64,000 nt of DNA from Dudresnaya verticillata (taxonomy: Eukaryota): contig OZ374560.1 of assembly GCA_977862235.1 (NCBI GenBank), positions 1,302,001-1,366,000 on the forward strand, in the 5' to 3' direction. The number at the start of each line of letters is the position of its first letter. Positions within the stretch are counted from its first letter, which is position 1. Below, piece after piece: positions 25,450-35,600 of the stretch. The notes under the pieces were generated by a model, which was not told the origin of the DNA, searched no databases, and worked only from the letters and a program-made list of their open reading frames with translations. A program made the translations under genes and the position numbers.

Positions 25450-26172
25450 CGGAGTACCGACCGGCATTGAGTAGGAAACCTCGAAGTTCTTGTGGTCATC
25501 AGGTACTTGCGGATACTTCCCGTTATACCACTCCGGCTTGATAGCCGTCACCTCTTGGCAATGGCAAGGGATGAGACACCCTGTCTTGTGGCGTTGCTTC
25601 CGCTCGAAGCGGGAATGCCCTAACGGCATAGCCGTCTGGGGGTTATCCAGAGCGTATTTTAAGTTGGATGACTCATCCCACCGCACCACGCGGGCCATTG
25701 TATACGGGAAGTTATCCCTCCCCTTCCGAATGAGTGGACGCTCATGCATAACGAGTCGAAGGTCCCACTCGCCACCCTGGTGAATCTCATACAAAAGGGC
25801 GGCCTGCGAAGTTAACTTCTGCGTCAGCGCATTGCTGCACGCAATCTCATGCCGGAAGCGCACATAGGCAAGATCCCATTGCAGGGGGTCTGCGTCGCCA
25901 TCAAGGCGCGGGAGGAACCGGTTGGTACCGGTCAAGATGCCAACGCGCGTGCGCATGAGACGATTCCAAACACGGCTTTGAGCCATCCCCCCGATGCGGC
26001 GAACCTCCTCGCGACTAGCTCCCGCCCGCATCTTCAGATGTGTGAGGTCGGTACGCAGGAGCCAGTCGCGGCTGTGGGAGATCGCTATCGGCACGCCAGC
26101 CGCATCCACCTCATGTCCCAAGAAATTGACACTAGAGCCTGCGGCTCCATACGCCAAGTGTGGCGGCGCCAT
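25450..26172 (-). pseudogene. E3 antisense ORF, homolog of the E2 antisense ORF, truncated by E1 insertion
   Basis: Collinear with 29203-30390 (LGHEVD.AGVPI, SRDWL.RTDL.HLK, WDLAYVRFRHE, RPLIRKGRDN.PYT, RWDES.NLKYALDN, QRHKT.CLIPCHCQEV). Similarity stops at MPVGTP, exactly at the E1 LTR end. Confidence 0.85.
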
Positions 26173-26855
26173 CCCGATATAGTATGCGAGAATGCCAACG
26201 GCTTAGAAGTCGTTTCCGAATAGAGTCTTCTAAGGTTCGGAGACCTTTCTCTTAGTTCGCGTCGGCTCCAGAACTGACCCTGAGGGGTAGTGAGCGCGAC
26301 CTGATTACTCCTACGGCGCGGAAGCCGTTCTTCTGCCTGAACGTCGGCTCCAGAGCCAAGTCCAGCGACTGGCGAGCACGACCTGAGAAAACGGCTGTCA
26401 GCCGGGAAGAGCGGGGCGCGCACGGCGGAGGTCGTAGGGCTCAACGCAGGGCGCCGGTGGGCAACGGGAAAACCGCAGATGATGAAATCGCTCAAGCGGG
26501 ACGGATGCAGCGAGCAGAAGCCGGGCGGTTGGGTGAAGCGCTACGGCTGTTGGTGGGTGTGGGCACCGAAAGGGAAAAGATGGCTGCAAGCCAGCGTTGA
26601 AATATTCGTGCGCCCGTCTGGCGTTTCGCGCAATCGATACCGGTCGAGACGACGCCGACGGCTCAAGCCGTGCACACGGTGACCTGGAGCCTCATCGAGA
26701 CGGGGCGCTGGGAGGCGTTTGCAAAACGTTCTCGCTGGGCCAATGAACGGACCACCGGATCTCAATCTCAATCTCAAACGGCTATAGCCTTTGGAAACAG
26801 CATCGCTGTACAGCTCCTTACTGAGCGCGGTCGCTCAGTTTTAAGAAGGGGGCCG

Positions 26856-27816
26856 TGTGGTATAACGAGCGCTGGGGCGCTGTAAGGAGCCACGTGTACA
26901 CGCGACGCCTGTAAGGCGTGGGATACAGGAGTGAGATGGCTGCTCGCCATTGGACAATTAACTACGTGAGCACTAGGCGCGCTGAGTGGTGGATACGCGC
27001 CATGATGGCACGTCTATTTTGGGCGTGGCGCCTTACAATGTGTGGCAGTATGGACGCTGTCAGCAGAAGGGCTTACAGAAGCGCACTTCTTTTCGCGGGA
27101 CAGACTGTCCCTTAATCAGGACAGCTGTCCTTTCATCGCTGTACACGTGTATATACGTGTATACACGTGGACTTACAGCTATACACGTGGCGTACACATG
27201 GCAGGGTAATGACGCCAGTTGGACACCTCGTATTGGCAGATTTATGACGCGCCGCTGCGCTCCTACTCACGGACGAGGAGCACCTCTGCGCTCAGGGTAT
27301 CGACAGTGCAGCCGGGACCTCGGCTTGCGCACCGGCGCATCCGCCACCAAGTCCCCTAACTGGAATGTATTCCCACTTTTGACTTGTACTGACTGTACTA
27401 ACCTTTGTATCTATAATCATAGACTAACTTAGACCCCCTTTTGGGCTGATAGACTTTTCGGCTGTCAAGCCTACTTATAGGCGCCGGAATAGCCGGCGCC
27501 CTCAGAATAAACACTCAGCGGAGTTGTTCGGGAAGTTTCCACCTTTTGGTCGCTCGGACGCTCCGCGCCTGCAGGGGTCGCCCAGTACAGGCCCGGAAAT
27601 CGTACGACAAGTACTCTACGAAAAACCGGGTCGCAACCTCTATACGTTCCTTCAGTCGGTCGCGCCGAGTCTTTACCGTGCTTCCGCACCCCCCCTTTCG
27701 GGTCATCAGGGCCCGCCTTTTTCCAAGCCTCTACCCAACCTCCCTCGAGCTACCACCAATTAGCGTGTGATATCGGACAGCTGTCTCTTCTTGTTCTTTG
27801 CTGTTTCTGGCCGGTG
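26856..27816 (+). repeat. E3 3' LTR (~974 bp including 41134-41146), split by E2
   Basis: TG start after the PPT, 5' end similar to the E2 LTR (TGTGG.ATAA.GAGCGC...GCGCTGTAAG), and a CA end at 41146. Confidence 0.85.
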
Positions 27817-28440
27817 TGTAGTAGAATGGCCCTTGGCCAGGTAGTCGGCGATAAAACGGCGCGACAGCTGTCCTGGGGACACACACTCACGGTGGGCGGT
27901 AGCTCAAAGGAAAAGGGAAAAAGGGGGTGGTAGAGACTTGTAGTGGGTGTAATACCCAGAAACAAAGAAAAGGGAAGGCGAACCCTACAGCGTAGAGCAA
28001 TCGTCGTACACGATAGGGCTTGTAGACGCCCAAGGCAAGGGAAACACGGTGGCACCGTAGGAAGACCAGAAAATGGGTACAGCCCAAAGTACACACCGCT
28101 GGCGGTTTAGTGCTGGGCCCCTGCTACTCAGGGGCCCATTAAATACGGCGGGAAGCCGGAAATGCTACCCACTCTAAGCTAGAGTTATAATACTGACAGT
28201 TACCTACTACTGTACACTAAGTGGTGGATTACAATCCAATGATAGGAATGAGTGGTAGTACCACTACGAGGTACAGGCGCGCTGCTGTCTGGCGCGCAAT
28301 GCCAAAAATATGGGTGACCAGGATTAATCAACCAATGATAATCAGCCATCTCAGCCATCGTGCCCTCGGGCGCCTCACGCCTTACAGGCGTCATCTGTAC
28401 ACGTGTGTGCTTACAGCGCTCGGGCGCTCATTATTCCACA
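27817..28440 (-). repeat. E2 3' LTR
   Basis: Direct repeat of 40505-41128 with 5 substitutions seen by eye. Confidence 0.97.
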
Positions 28441-28458
28441 CGGCCCCCTTCTTAAAAC
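28441..28458 (-). promoter_or_regulatory. E2 polypurine tract
   Basis: The minus strand reads GTTTTAAGAAGGGGGCCG immediately before the LTR TG. Confidence 0.85.
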
Positions 28459-28967
28459 TGAGCGACCCCGCTCAGTACAGCAATGCTGTTTCCAACGGTT
28501 CCGACCGTTGAGATCTGAAATCTCGTCGAAAAGATTGGCCCAGCCAAGCGCGGTATTTCTGGCTTTCTAGAAGCATCCACGAACGGTCGTCGGCGCCTGC
28601 GCCAGATCAGCCCGGCGACAGCCGTCGTCGGTGGCTCGCCTTTGGCGCCACGACTGGTATCGACAACGCGACACGGCAGACGGGGCGTCTATTTCAAACT
28701 CGGCGCAGAGCCGACTGTGCCCCTTTCGCACTCTCGGTCACCCACCGACTCGACCGCAACCTCCACACTTCCGATACCCTGCCCTCTTCCGCCATCACTC
28801 TTCCGCCCTTCTTCACCCTAGACTCTTCGCGACGACTCGCGTCGTGTTCGGGCGCGTCTTTCTGCCGTGCTGCGCAGCGCGCGGGAGCGTTTCTCCTTTG
28901 TCTCGTGGCAAAAACGTTTGCGTCGAAGACTGGCCTCGTGTCGCCCATAAGCATCGCTCGAGCGATT

Positions 28968-29128
28968 CAGGCCGCGCTCGCCTTTCTTAGGATCGGCTTT
29001 GGAGCCGACGCATTTCAAGGAAGGCCTCCGCGCCTTAGAAGTATTTTCAGGTCGCGCTCGCCTTTCTGACGATCGGCTTTGGAGCCGACGGTCATACCGA
29101 AGACAAGGCCTCCGTGCCTTAGAAGAAT
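28968..29128. repeat. 80-bp tandem duplication with hairpins, upstream of the antisense ORF
   Basis: Two copies of CAGG(C/T)CGCGCTCGCCTTTCT...GATCGGCTTTGGAGCCGACG...AAGGCCTCCG(C/T)GCCTTAGAAG. A homologous pair is at 26226-26386. Confidence 0.85.
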
Positions 29129-29202
29129 AACTGGGGCGCTCCCATTTTGCAAAGCCTTCAACTCGAGACGTCTCGCGACGTGGGGTTCGCATCGTCACAG
29201 CG

Positions 29203-30390
29203 ATGACCAACTTGGGTCTCGTCTATGGAGAGGCTGGCTCTAGCGCCAGCGTTCTTGGCCATGAAGTCGACTCGGCGGGTGTGCCGATTGTCATTAAGCG
29301 CAGTCGCGACTGGTTGGTACGCACCGACTTGGCGCACCTCAAAACCCGAGCTGGGGCTGGTCGTGAGGACATCCAACGACGCGGGAGTCGTGGTGCTCAG
29401 AGTCGTATGTGGAACAGCGTCAGCCGTGCTCGAGTGGACATGTTGACCGGGACCAACCGACTCGTTCCCGGTCTGCTGGGTGAGGCGTCTTGCTACTTTT
29501 GGGACCTCGCATACGTGCGATTCAGGCATGAGGTGTTCTTCACGAACTGTATCGCCGGGAAGCTGAACTACCAGCTGGGGGCGATGCGGGAAATCCACTC
29601 GAGTGGAAAGTGGGACCTGCGCATGGTTAGCCATGCCCGCCCCCTTATTCGCAAGGGGCGGGATAACTATCCATATACGCTAGCTCGCATCGTCCGGTGG
29701 GACGAGTCCACCAACCTCAAGTATGCGCTTGACAACTCGCAGACGGCCAAGCCGTTGGCTTATTCTCGCTTTGAGCGACGTCAACGCCACAAGACTGCAT
29801 GCCTCATCCCTTGTCATTGCCAAGAGGTGGTTGCCATCAAATCAGAGTATTACAGGGCTAAGTACCCTCAAGTGCCCGACGACCACGCGTCGTATGAGGT
29901 CTCATATTCAATGCCAGTGGGTACCCCCACCATCGTGGCTTACTTTGGCCTGAACATGATGGCGCGAGCCATGGATGAGAGCGTACTCTGGACCCTTTTT
30001 CGTCACGAGTGGATCGTCTTGGTCGTGCAGACTCTCGTCTATGAGGCCCGTCATGGGATGCTGTATTTCATCAACCAGCCCCTTCGCGCTGCCATCAAGG
30101 AGATGGGTATCGACAATCTGTCGGCGGACGCCGATGACGCACAGGACTTGAAGGCCCTTTTGGTCTTCATAGACCGCATTCGGTGGAGCCGAATCTCCAA
30201 ACGGAATCGTCATCTCCCGGAGAACACCGGTCATCTCACTCCTGTATATGACCGAGGACATTGGGTGGACTTTGACCTAGAAGATTGGCATCCGGTGTTG
30301 CCGGACTTCTTGATTCAGCCTGAGCCGACAGAGGAGAGACCCCTGGTCTTGGATGAGGGAACCCGCATCACCGGTATGACTCACGGGTAG
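29203..30390 (+). CDS. E2 antisense extra ORF, conserved domain of unknown function (395 aa)
   Basis: Open ORF antisense to pol, conserved at protein level with the E3 homolog despite many synonymous-looking differences. Confidence 0.8.
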   Translation: MTNLGLVYGEAGSSASVLGHEVDSAGVPIVIKRSRDWLVRTDLAHLKTRAGAGREDIQRRGSRGAQSRMWNSVSRARVDMLTGTNRLVPGLLGEASCYFWDLAYVRFRHEVFFTNCIAGKLNYQLGAMREIHSSGKWDLRMVSHARPLIRKGRDNYPYTLARIVRWDESTNLKYALDNSQTAKPLAYSRFERRQRHKTACLIPCHCQEVVAIKSEYYRAKYPQVPDDHASYEVSYSMPVGTPTIVAYFGLNMMARAMDESVLWTLFRHEWIVLVVQTLVYEARHGMLYFINQPLRAAIKEMGIDNLSADADDAQDLKALLVFIDRIRWSRISKRNRHLPENTGHLTPVYDRGHWVDFDLEDWHPVLPDFLIQPEPTEERPLVLDEGTRITGMTHG

Positions 30391-31482
30391 GTGAGCGCCA
30401 GTTGGCAGGACCCCGGTTCGGAGACTCCAGGTGACGTCCCGTCATTCGACGACACTGTCGATGGTCAGTCTCAAGGTTCGTACGCGACGGCATCAACTGG
30501 CCATGGTAAGGCCAACCACATCTTCCGTGACGTTTTCAACAAACGGGGTTTGGCTATCCACCTCGCGGTGCATTGGGAACTACGGAATCTCACCGTTAAC
30601 AGCCTCGCCGACTGGGTCGAGGAGGTGATGGTGGACTATGAGTCCAATTGGATGAGGACTCCGGGTCCTGTGGAGCGTTCGGAGAAACTTCGTACCCATT
30701 TGTCAAGGCTCCCACCCTTGAAGGGATACCCCGATGATGTTGACATCATCAAACCGCGTTTGGGCGTTGGCCATTCTGCTACGCCGCGAGTGAAGAGGGA
30801 ATCGGCCAAGGTCGATAGTTTGGATCCGCGCGCAATGACAGGTGGTGACACCTCGGTGGTTCCTCGCGAAGAGTCAGCTGTGGCGCCTTCGGCCAGTCAT
30901 GGAGCGGCCATTTCCCACTCGGCTCCCAAGCCGATGAATACAGCGGGCGCCTCATCATCGACGATGGCGCCGGCTGCTCCTACGATGCACATGTCTGGCT
31001 TCGTCGCTACTGGCGAGTTTTTCAACACGATCTCTCCCAAAGATGATTCTCGGGGCCAGCCCGATGCTAGTCGTTCTAAGGGCGACTCCTTGGTGGTTAA
31101 ACCAAGTGGCACCGGCCAAGAGAGCGAGAAGCCTGCGGATGTCGAGACTGGGCCTTCGCCCACTGTTGGCGAGTCCAACGTAACACCTCAAGACGACGTT
31201 GTCGTGAAGACTGAGCTCGTCGTGAAGGAAGAAGACGAAGTAGCCCCTCTCGTACAGGGCATCCAGACCGATGGCGTTGATGCCATGGAAGTGGACCAGC
31301 CAACGGCCAGTCGCCGTGCGTTAAACGAGTTAGAGGGGAGTCGGCGCGGTCGTGGTCTGCGTCGCGGAGGGGAAAGCCGTCACGTCGTGCGCGAGGTGCG
31401 ACGTGTCGTCGTATCTCACTCGGCACCCAAGCCGAATCCTCCGTTGGGTGAGGATGAGGTTATTGACCTGTTATCGGATTAG
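30391..31482 (+). CDS. In-frame continuation of the E2 antisense ORF after a single TAG; low complexity, ends in a SIM-like motif
   Basis: Starts in frame immediately after the TAG at 30388-30390, stays open for 363 codons and ends GEDEVIDLLSD. Confidence 0.6.
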   Translation: MSASWQDPGSETPGDVPSFDDTVDGQSQGSYATASTGHGKANHIFRDVFNKRGLAIHLAVHWELRNLTVNSLADWVEEVMVDYESNWMRTPGPVERSEKLRTHLSRLPPLKGYPDDVDIIKPRLGVGHSATPRVKRESAKVDSLDPRAMTGGDTSVVPREESAVAPSASHGAAISHSAPKPMNTAGASSSTMAPAAPTMHMSGFVATGEFFNTISPKDDSRGQPDASRSKGDSLVVKPSGTGQESEKPADVETGPSPTVGESNVTPQDDVVVKTELVVKEEDEVAPLVQGIQTDGVDAMEVDQPTASRRALNELEGSRRGRGLRRGGESRHVVREVRRVVVSHSAPKPNPPLGEDEVIDLLSD

Positions 31483-32684
31483 CCGAAATTGTCCTTCTTC
31501 GAGTAATGGCTCGTGAGCCACGTAATTCGCCACACTTGGGCAAGAGCGGCTTATCCGCTGAAGTAAAGTGACTTGTTGTTGTTTGTGTCACTTCGGTACG
31601 CCGATTTCCATAAGTAGAGCCAACCACTGAGGGGGCCCTCATTAACACGCCTCTGCGACTAGGCTCCGAAGGAGCCCCCGTCGACGTTCGTCGAGTGACT
31701 TCCTTTAACTCAAGGCCGTCGCGCCCTTTTCTTTTCTAGGTCCTTCACTCGGAGAGGGAGTCGCGTGCACATGCGCGGTAGACTCCTCAAGGGAGTTGGT
31801 GGCGAGAGCTGAGGGTGCCGGGGCAGTGCCCCGTGGATTGTGGTGCCAAACGATTATGATTCGTTAGTCAATCCGCCTCCCTTGGCGCTTCGCCAAATCA
31901 GTTATTGCCAGCAATGATAGAGGCGACTCTACAGTAGACAAAAACATACTGTAGAGCTACGTTCTTGTTGGCGCCAACCGATGTAGGGACTCTTCAGCCA
32001 TAGCTGATTTGCGGGTCAATTCGCCTCTATGGCGTCTGGAGCAACACACCGTCCTTTCCCTCAAGAAGGTCGTTAACATCCCCTAGTCGTCGTCGACGAG
32101 GGGGCTTATGCCACATCTGCGGCCGTCAGGTCACCGTTATGGTGAAGCGACTCCTCCATGGTAGTAAGCCTCACCCGCGACGGCCTCGTAATGGCGACAA
32201 AGTTATGGTAACTCTGCTAGGGCAGACGAGTGTAGTTTCGTGGATTCCCGTCACGATTATTGCCGTGGTGGAGGTGTCCAACATGAGGGCAGATCCTCAC
32301 TCCTGGATTTCAATCCATAAGTGGCTGGAGCCTATCCCCATAGCTTAATTACCATATTGGCATAAGGCTTCCTTCCTACCGGTGGTAGTATTTCTTTCTA
32401 TACATGTGAGCGTTGGCTCCAGTCTTATTATTACAGGGTTCTACCCATGTCCAGGTTTCCCTTGATCTCATCTATTCCAGGTCTTGAACCTTCTGTACAT
32501 CTATCCACATCTATCCATGTCTTCTATCCATATCTTGAATCTCCATTCATCTATCCATATCTTCTAACCAAACCAAGGTATCAACCTTTTCTTCACCAGC
32601 ATACGTGTTCCACGTTTCATATAATGACAGCTTCCACAAGCAACCCAACCCTCGCTGCAGGAGATTGACTCCTCCTTTTCCATG

Positions 32685-35600
32685 CTAAGCCGACAGTCTC
32701 TTTCTGTAGAGCTGTAGGGCTGTGTTTTCCCGAGACTCCACGTCTTCGTCTATCGACGAAGCCACTGCGTCGGCAGTTACACCTGGAAGGGGGATCTTCC
32801 TGGAACGGTGATACCGTTTGACCAAATTGTCAGGGAGGTGATCCCTTGGTTCCCAGGTGTCTTGCGACGCTGGGCATTGGAACCACCTGATACGATACTT
32901 TTGGGTATCGGCGTCATAGTCGACGATTTTGTCATACACGAACTCACGTGGGGGTGCTTTCTTATAGCGTGAAAACTTACGGCGAGGCGCCGTCACATCA
33001 TCCTCAATCGCCGGCATTGCCGTGGGAGCGGCAGGCGGATTTGACTTCTGTAAGAGTTGTGGGGTGTTACCGCCTTGAGACAGGGAAACAGATACCTCTG
33101 TATGGGGGTTGTTAGGAGAAACCGGGCCCACGGTGCTATCGATATTGTCAGTGTTTCCAATTAATGGAGAGGGGACAGTCGTCGCATTTGCGGGTCCCAC
33201 GGCCTCTCTTGAGCGTTCCTCATCTTGCGCTCTTCGCGCCTCTTCAGTGGAAGGTTCATCGGTGGGCTCTGGCCCAGAAGGTGGTTGCAGATGGTTTCCA
33301 GCTTCTGGTGCTTCACCAACTATCGCGGAGTCCTGTCCTAGAGCTCCGAGTTCTTCGTCTGGCGAGGGCGCCAATGTCACGCGGTCCAACGAGATTGACT
33401 CTCGCTCCCCCTTGACTTCAAGCACGACGGTGTGCGTTCCTCTCTCGAGGACCTTATAAGGCCCCAGAGCCTTTGGGAAAAGCTTTCCTTCTCGCGCTAC
33501 GCCTCTAGCGTCTTTCATCTTAGTTTCTCTTTCAAGAAAGACCCATTGTCCAGGGCGTATCTTCTGATTGCTCAGACGCATGCGGTTGTTGAAGTTAGCT
33601 TCGTAGCGACGTTGCGCTAATTTTAGCCGAGGCAACGCTGTATCCATCAGCTTCTCAAGTCTAGCGGTCAGCCGCTTCTTGACATTAGTCGCAGATACGT
33701 TAGCTACGTCGACCGTTTCAGCTTTCTCCATGAGGATGGAAGTAGGTGGATTGGATAGAACCAAATCAACGGGCGCGAATCCCGTAGCACGATGAACGGT
33801 CGTATTATACGCATACGTTAGTGCCGACGTGAACTCGTCCCAATCTTTTTGATCATCTGCGGTGAAGTGTCTCAACCCTACTAGAAGGGTGCGGTTGAAC
33901 CTTTCGGTCTGAGCATTGGTCTGCGGATGATATGTAGAGGTGAACATATTCCGAATACGGAGGATGTCGCAGACGGCAATAAAGAACTTCGAAGCAAACT
34001 GCGATCCATTGTCGGACAAGACGTAACGGGGTGGCCCGTAGATATACACCCAGTGTTCGCAGAACGCCCTCGCTACCGTATAAGCCGTTACCGTCTTCAA
34101 CGGGACTACCCGTGTAAGTTTCGAGAAACGATCGGTGATGACGAGAAGATACTCGTTCCCCTTGCTTGATCGCGGAAGCGGGCCCAAGATATCGATTCCT
34201 AGGAATTCGAGCGGCATAGTAGCCGGAAATAACTTCATGTGCGAAGTATGTTTACTCAACTGGACTCGTTCCATCGCGCACTTGACACAGTTACGCACTG
34301 TCGAGTAAACGGCAAGGGCCATGTCTGGCCAATACACTTGCCTTCTCAAGTTGTGGTACATCCGTGTGCCACCAGGATGGCCAGCCATATCCGGGTAGTG
34401 TGCAAGATGTAGGACTCTCTCCTGAAGAACTCTAGGTATGACTACCTGTAAAGCTCGGTCAATGTAAGACCTTCGGACTAGGAGTCCGCGTTCGTCTTCC
34501 AGATAACATCCCGGTTTTCCCGCTTCGATGGCTAATCGGATACCCTTACAGAATTCGTCTGTTCGTTGGGCGCGAAGAAGTTCCTCTATTGTGAGGAGTG
34601 AAAGACTCTTCTCGTCCATTTCCTTTTCAGCCACGTTAGCTATCAATTGCTCGTCCTCGAGACCCGACTCGAACGAATTGTCTTCGGGTTCCATCTCCCA
34701 TTCTTCCAGAGGTCGCGACCTGGTGTTGGCTCGCGATGTTTCCTTCGCCGAAGGGTCAGGGGGATCTTCCCCATCGCTATCAGCGATTATGAAGCAGGGG
34801 ATCTCGAGATCCGGTTCCCACTTAGTAAACCCATAGGTAGGTAAACGTGAGACAGCGTCAGCAATCTGATTTTTCTTTCCCTTACGGTATTGGACCGTGA
34901 AGTCATGCTCTAAGAGACGCAAGCGCCATCGTGCTAGACGTCCGGACGCGTCCGTCATGCTCATCATCCATTTGAGAGCCTGATGGTCGGTGTAGAGGTC
35001 GAAATGAGACCTTTCCAAATATGGTCTGAGCATTTGGGTAGCCCAGACTACAGCGAGGCATTCCTTCTCGCCGACGGAGTAATTCCGTTCTGCTGGTGTT
35101 AGGCCCCGACTCCAAAAGCCAATAGGGTGTCGAGTCCCGTCGGGTTCCATTTGCATTAGGGCGCACCCTATTTGGTAGTCACACGCGTCGGTATCGACCG
35201 AGAGGGGTCTGTCTTCCTTAGGAAGTCGGAGTATTGGCGGCGCGATGAGGGCTTTCTTCAGTAAAGCGAAAGCTTCGCGTTGCCGTTCATCGAATGGAGG
35301 TAATTCGAAATCAACGTCCTTCTGTAGGAGCCTATTGAGCGGAGACGCTACGCGTGCAAAGTTCGGTACGAAACGTCTATAGACGTTGCATAGCCCAATG
35401 AACGACCGTAGTTGCGTTTGCGTCGTAGGTTCCTTGAAGCCTTCGATGGCTTGTGTATTCTTGGTAGCTACCTCCAGGAGACCAGGTCGGATCACGTGTC
35501 TGAGGTAATCCACGCTTTTTGTGAAGAAATTACACTTCTTCAACTTGAGCGACACACCCGCTTCCTTCAACACAGAGAGGATCTCTTGAACGTGACCTAA

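Larger units (their letters stand above)
25450..27816 (+). mobile_element. E3: 3' remnant of a chromovirus related to E2 (antisense ORF fragment, PPT, 3' LTR); the last 13 bp of its LTR lie at 41134-41146
   Basis: PPT TTTTAAGAAGGGGGCCG is identical to that of E2 and is followed by TGTGGTATAA at 26856. The LTR resumes after E2 as CCATACTGCTACA. Confidence 0.85.

Noticed and set aside
29066..29095. Hammerhead ribozyme (CTGACGA followed by a stem)
   Set aside because: No GAAA follows the stem, and CTGANGA is absent from the other three copies of the repeat.
20986..31482. Antisense ORFs as retroviral env genes
   Set aside because: Wrong strand relative to pol, and no signal peptide or clear transmembrane anchor was seen.
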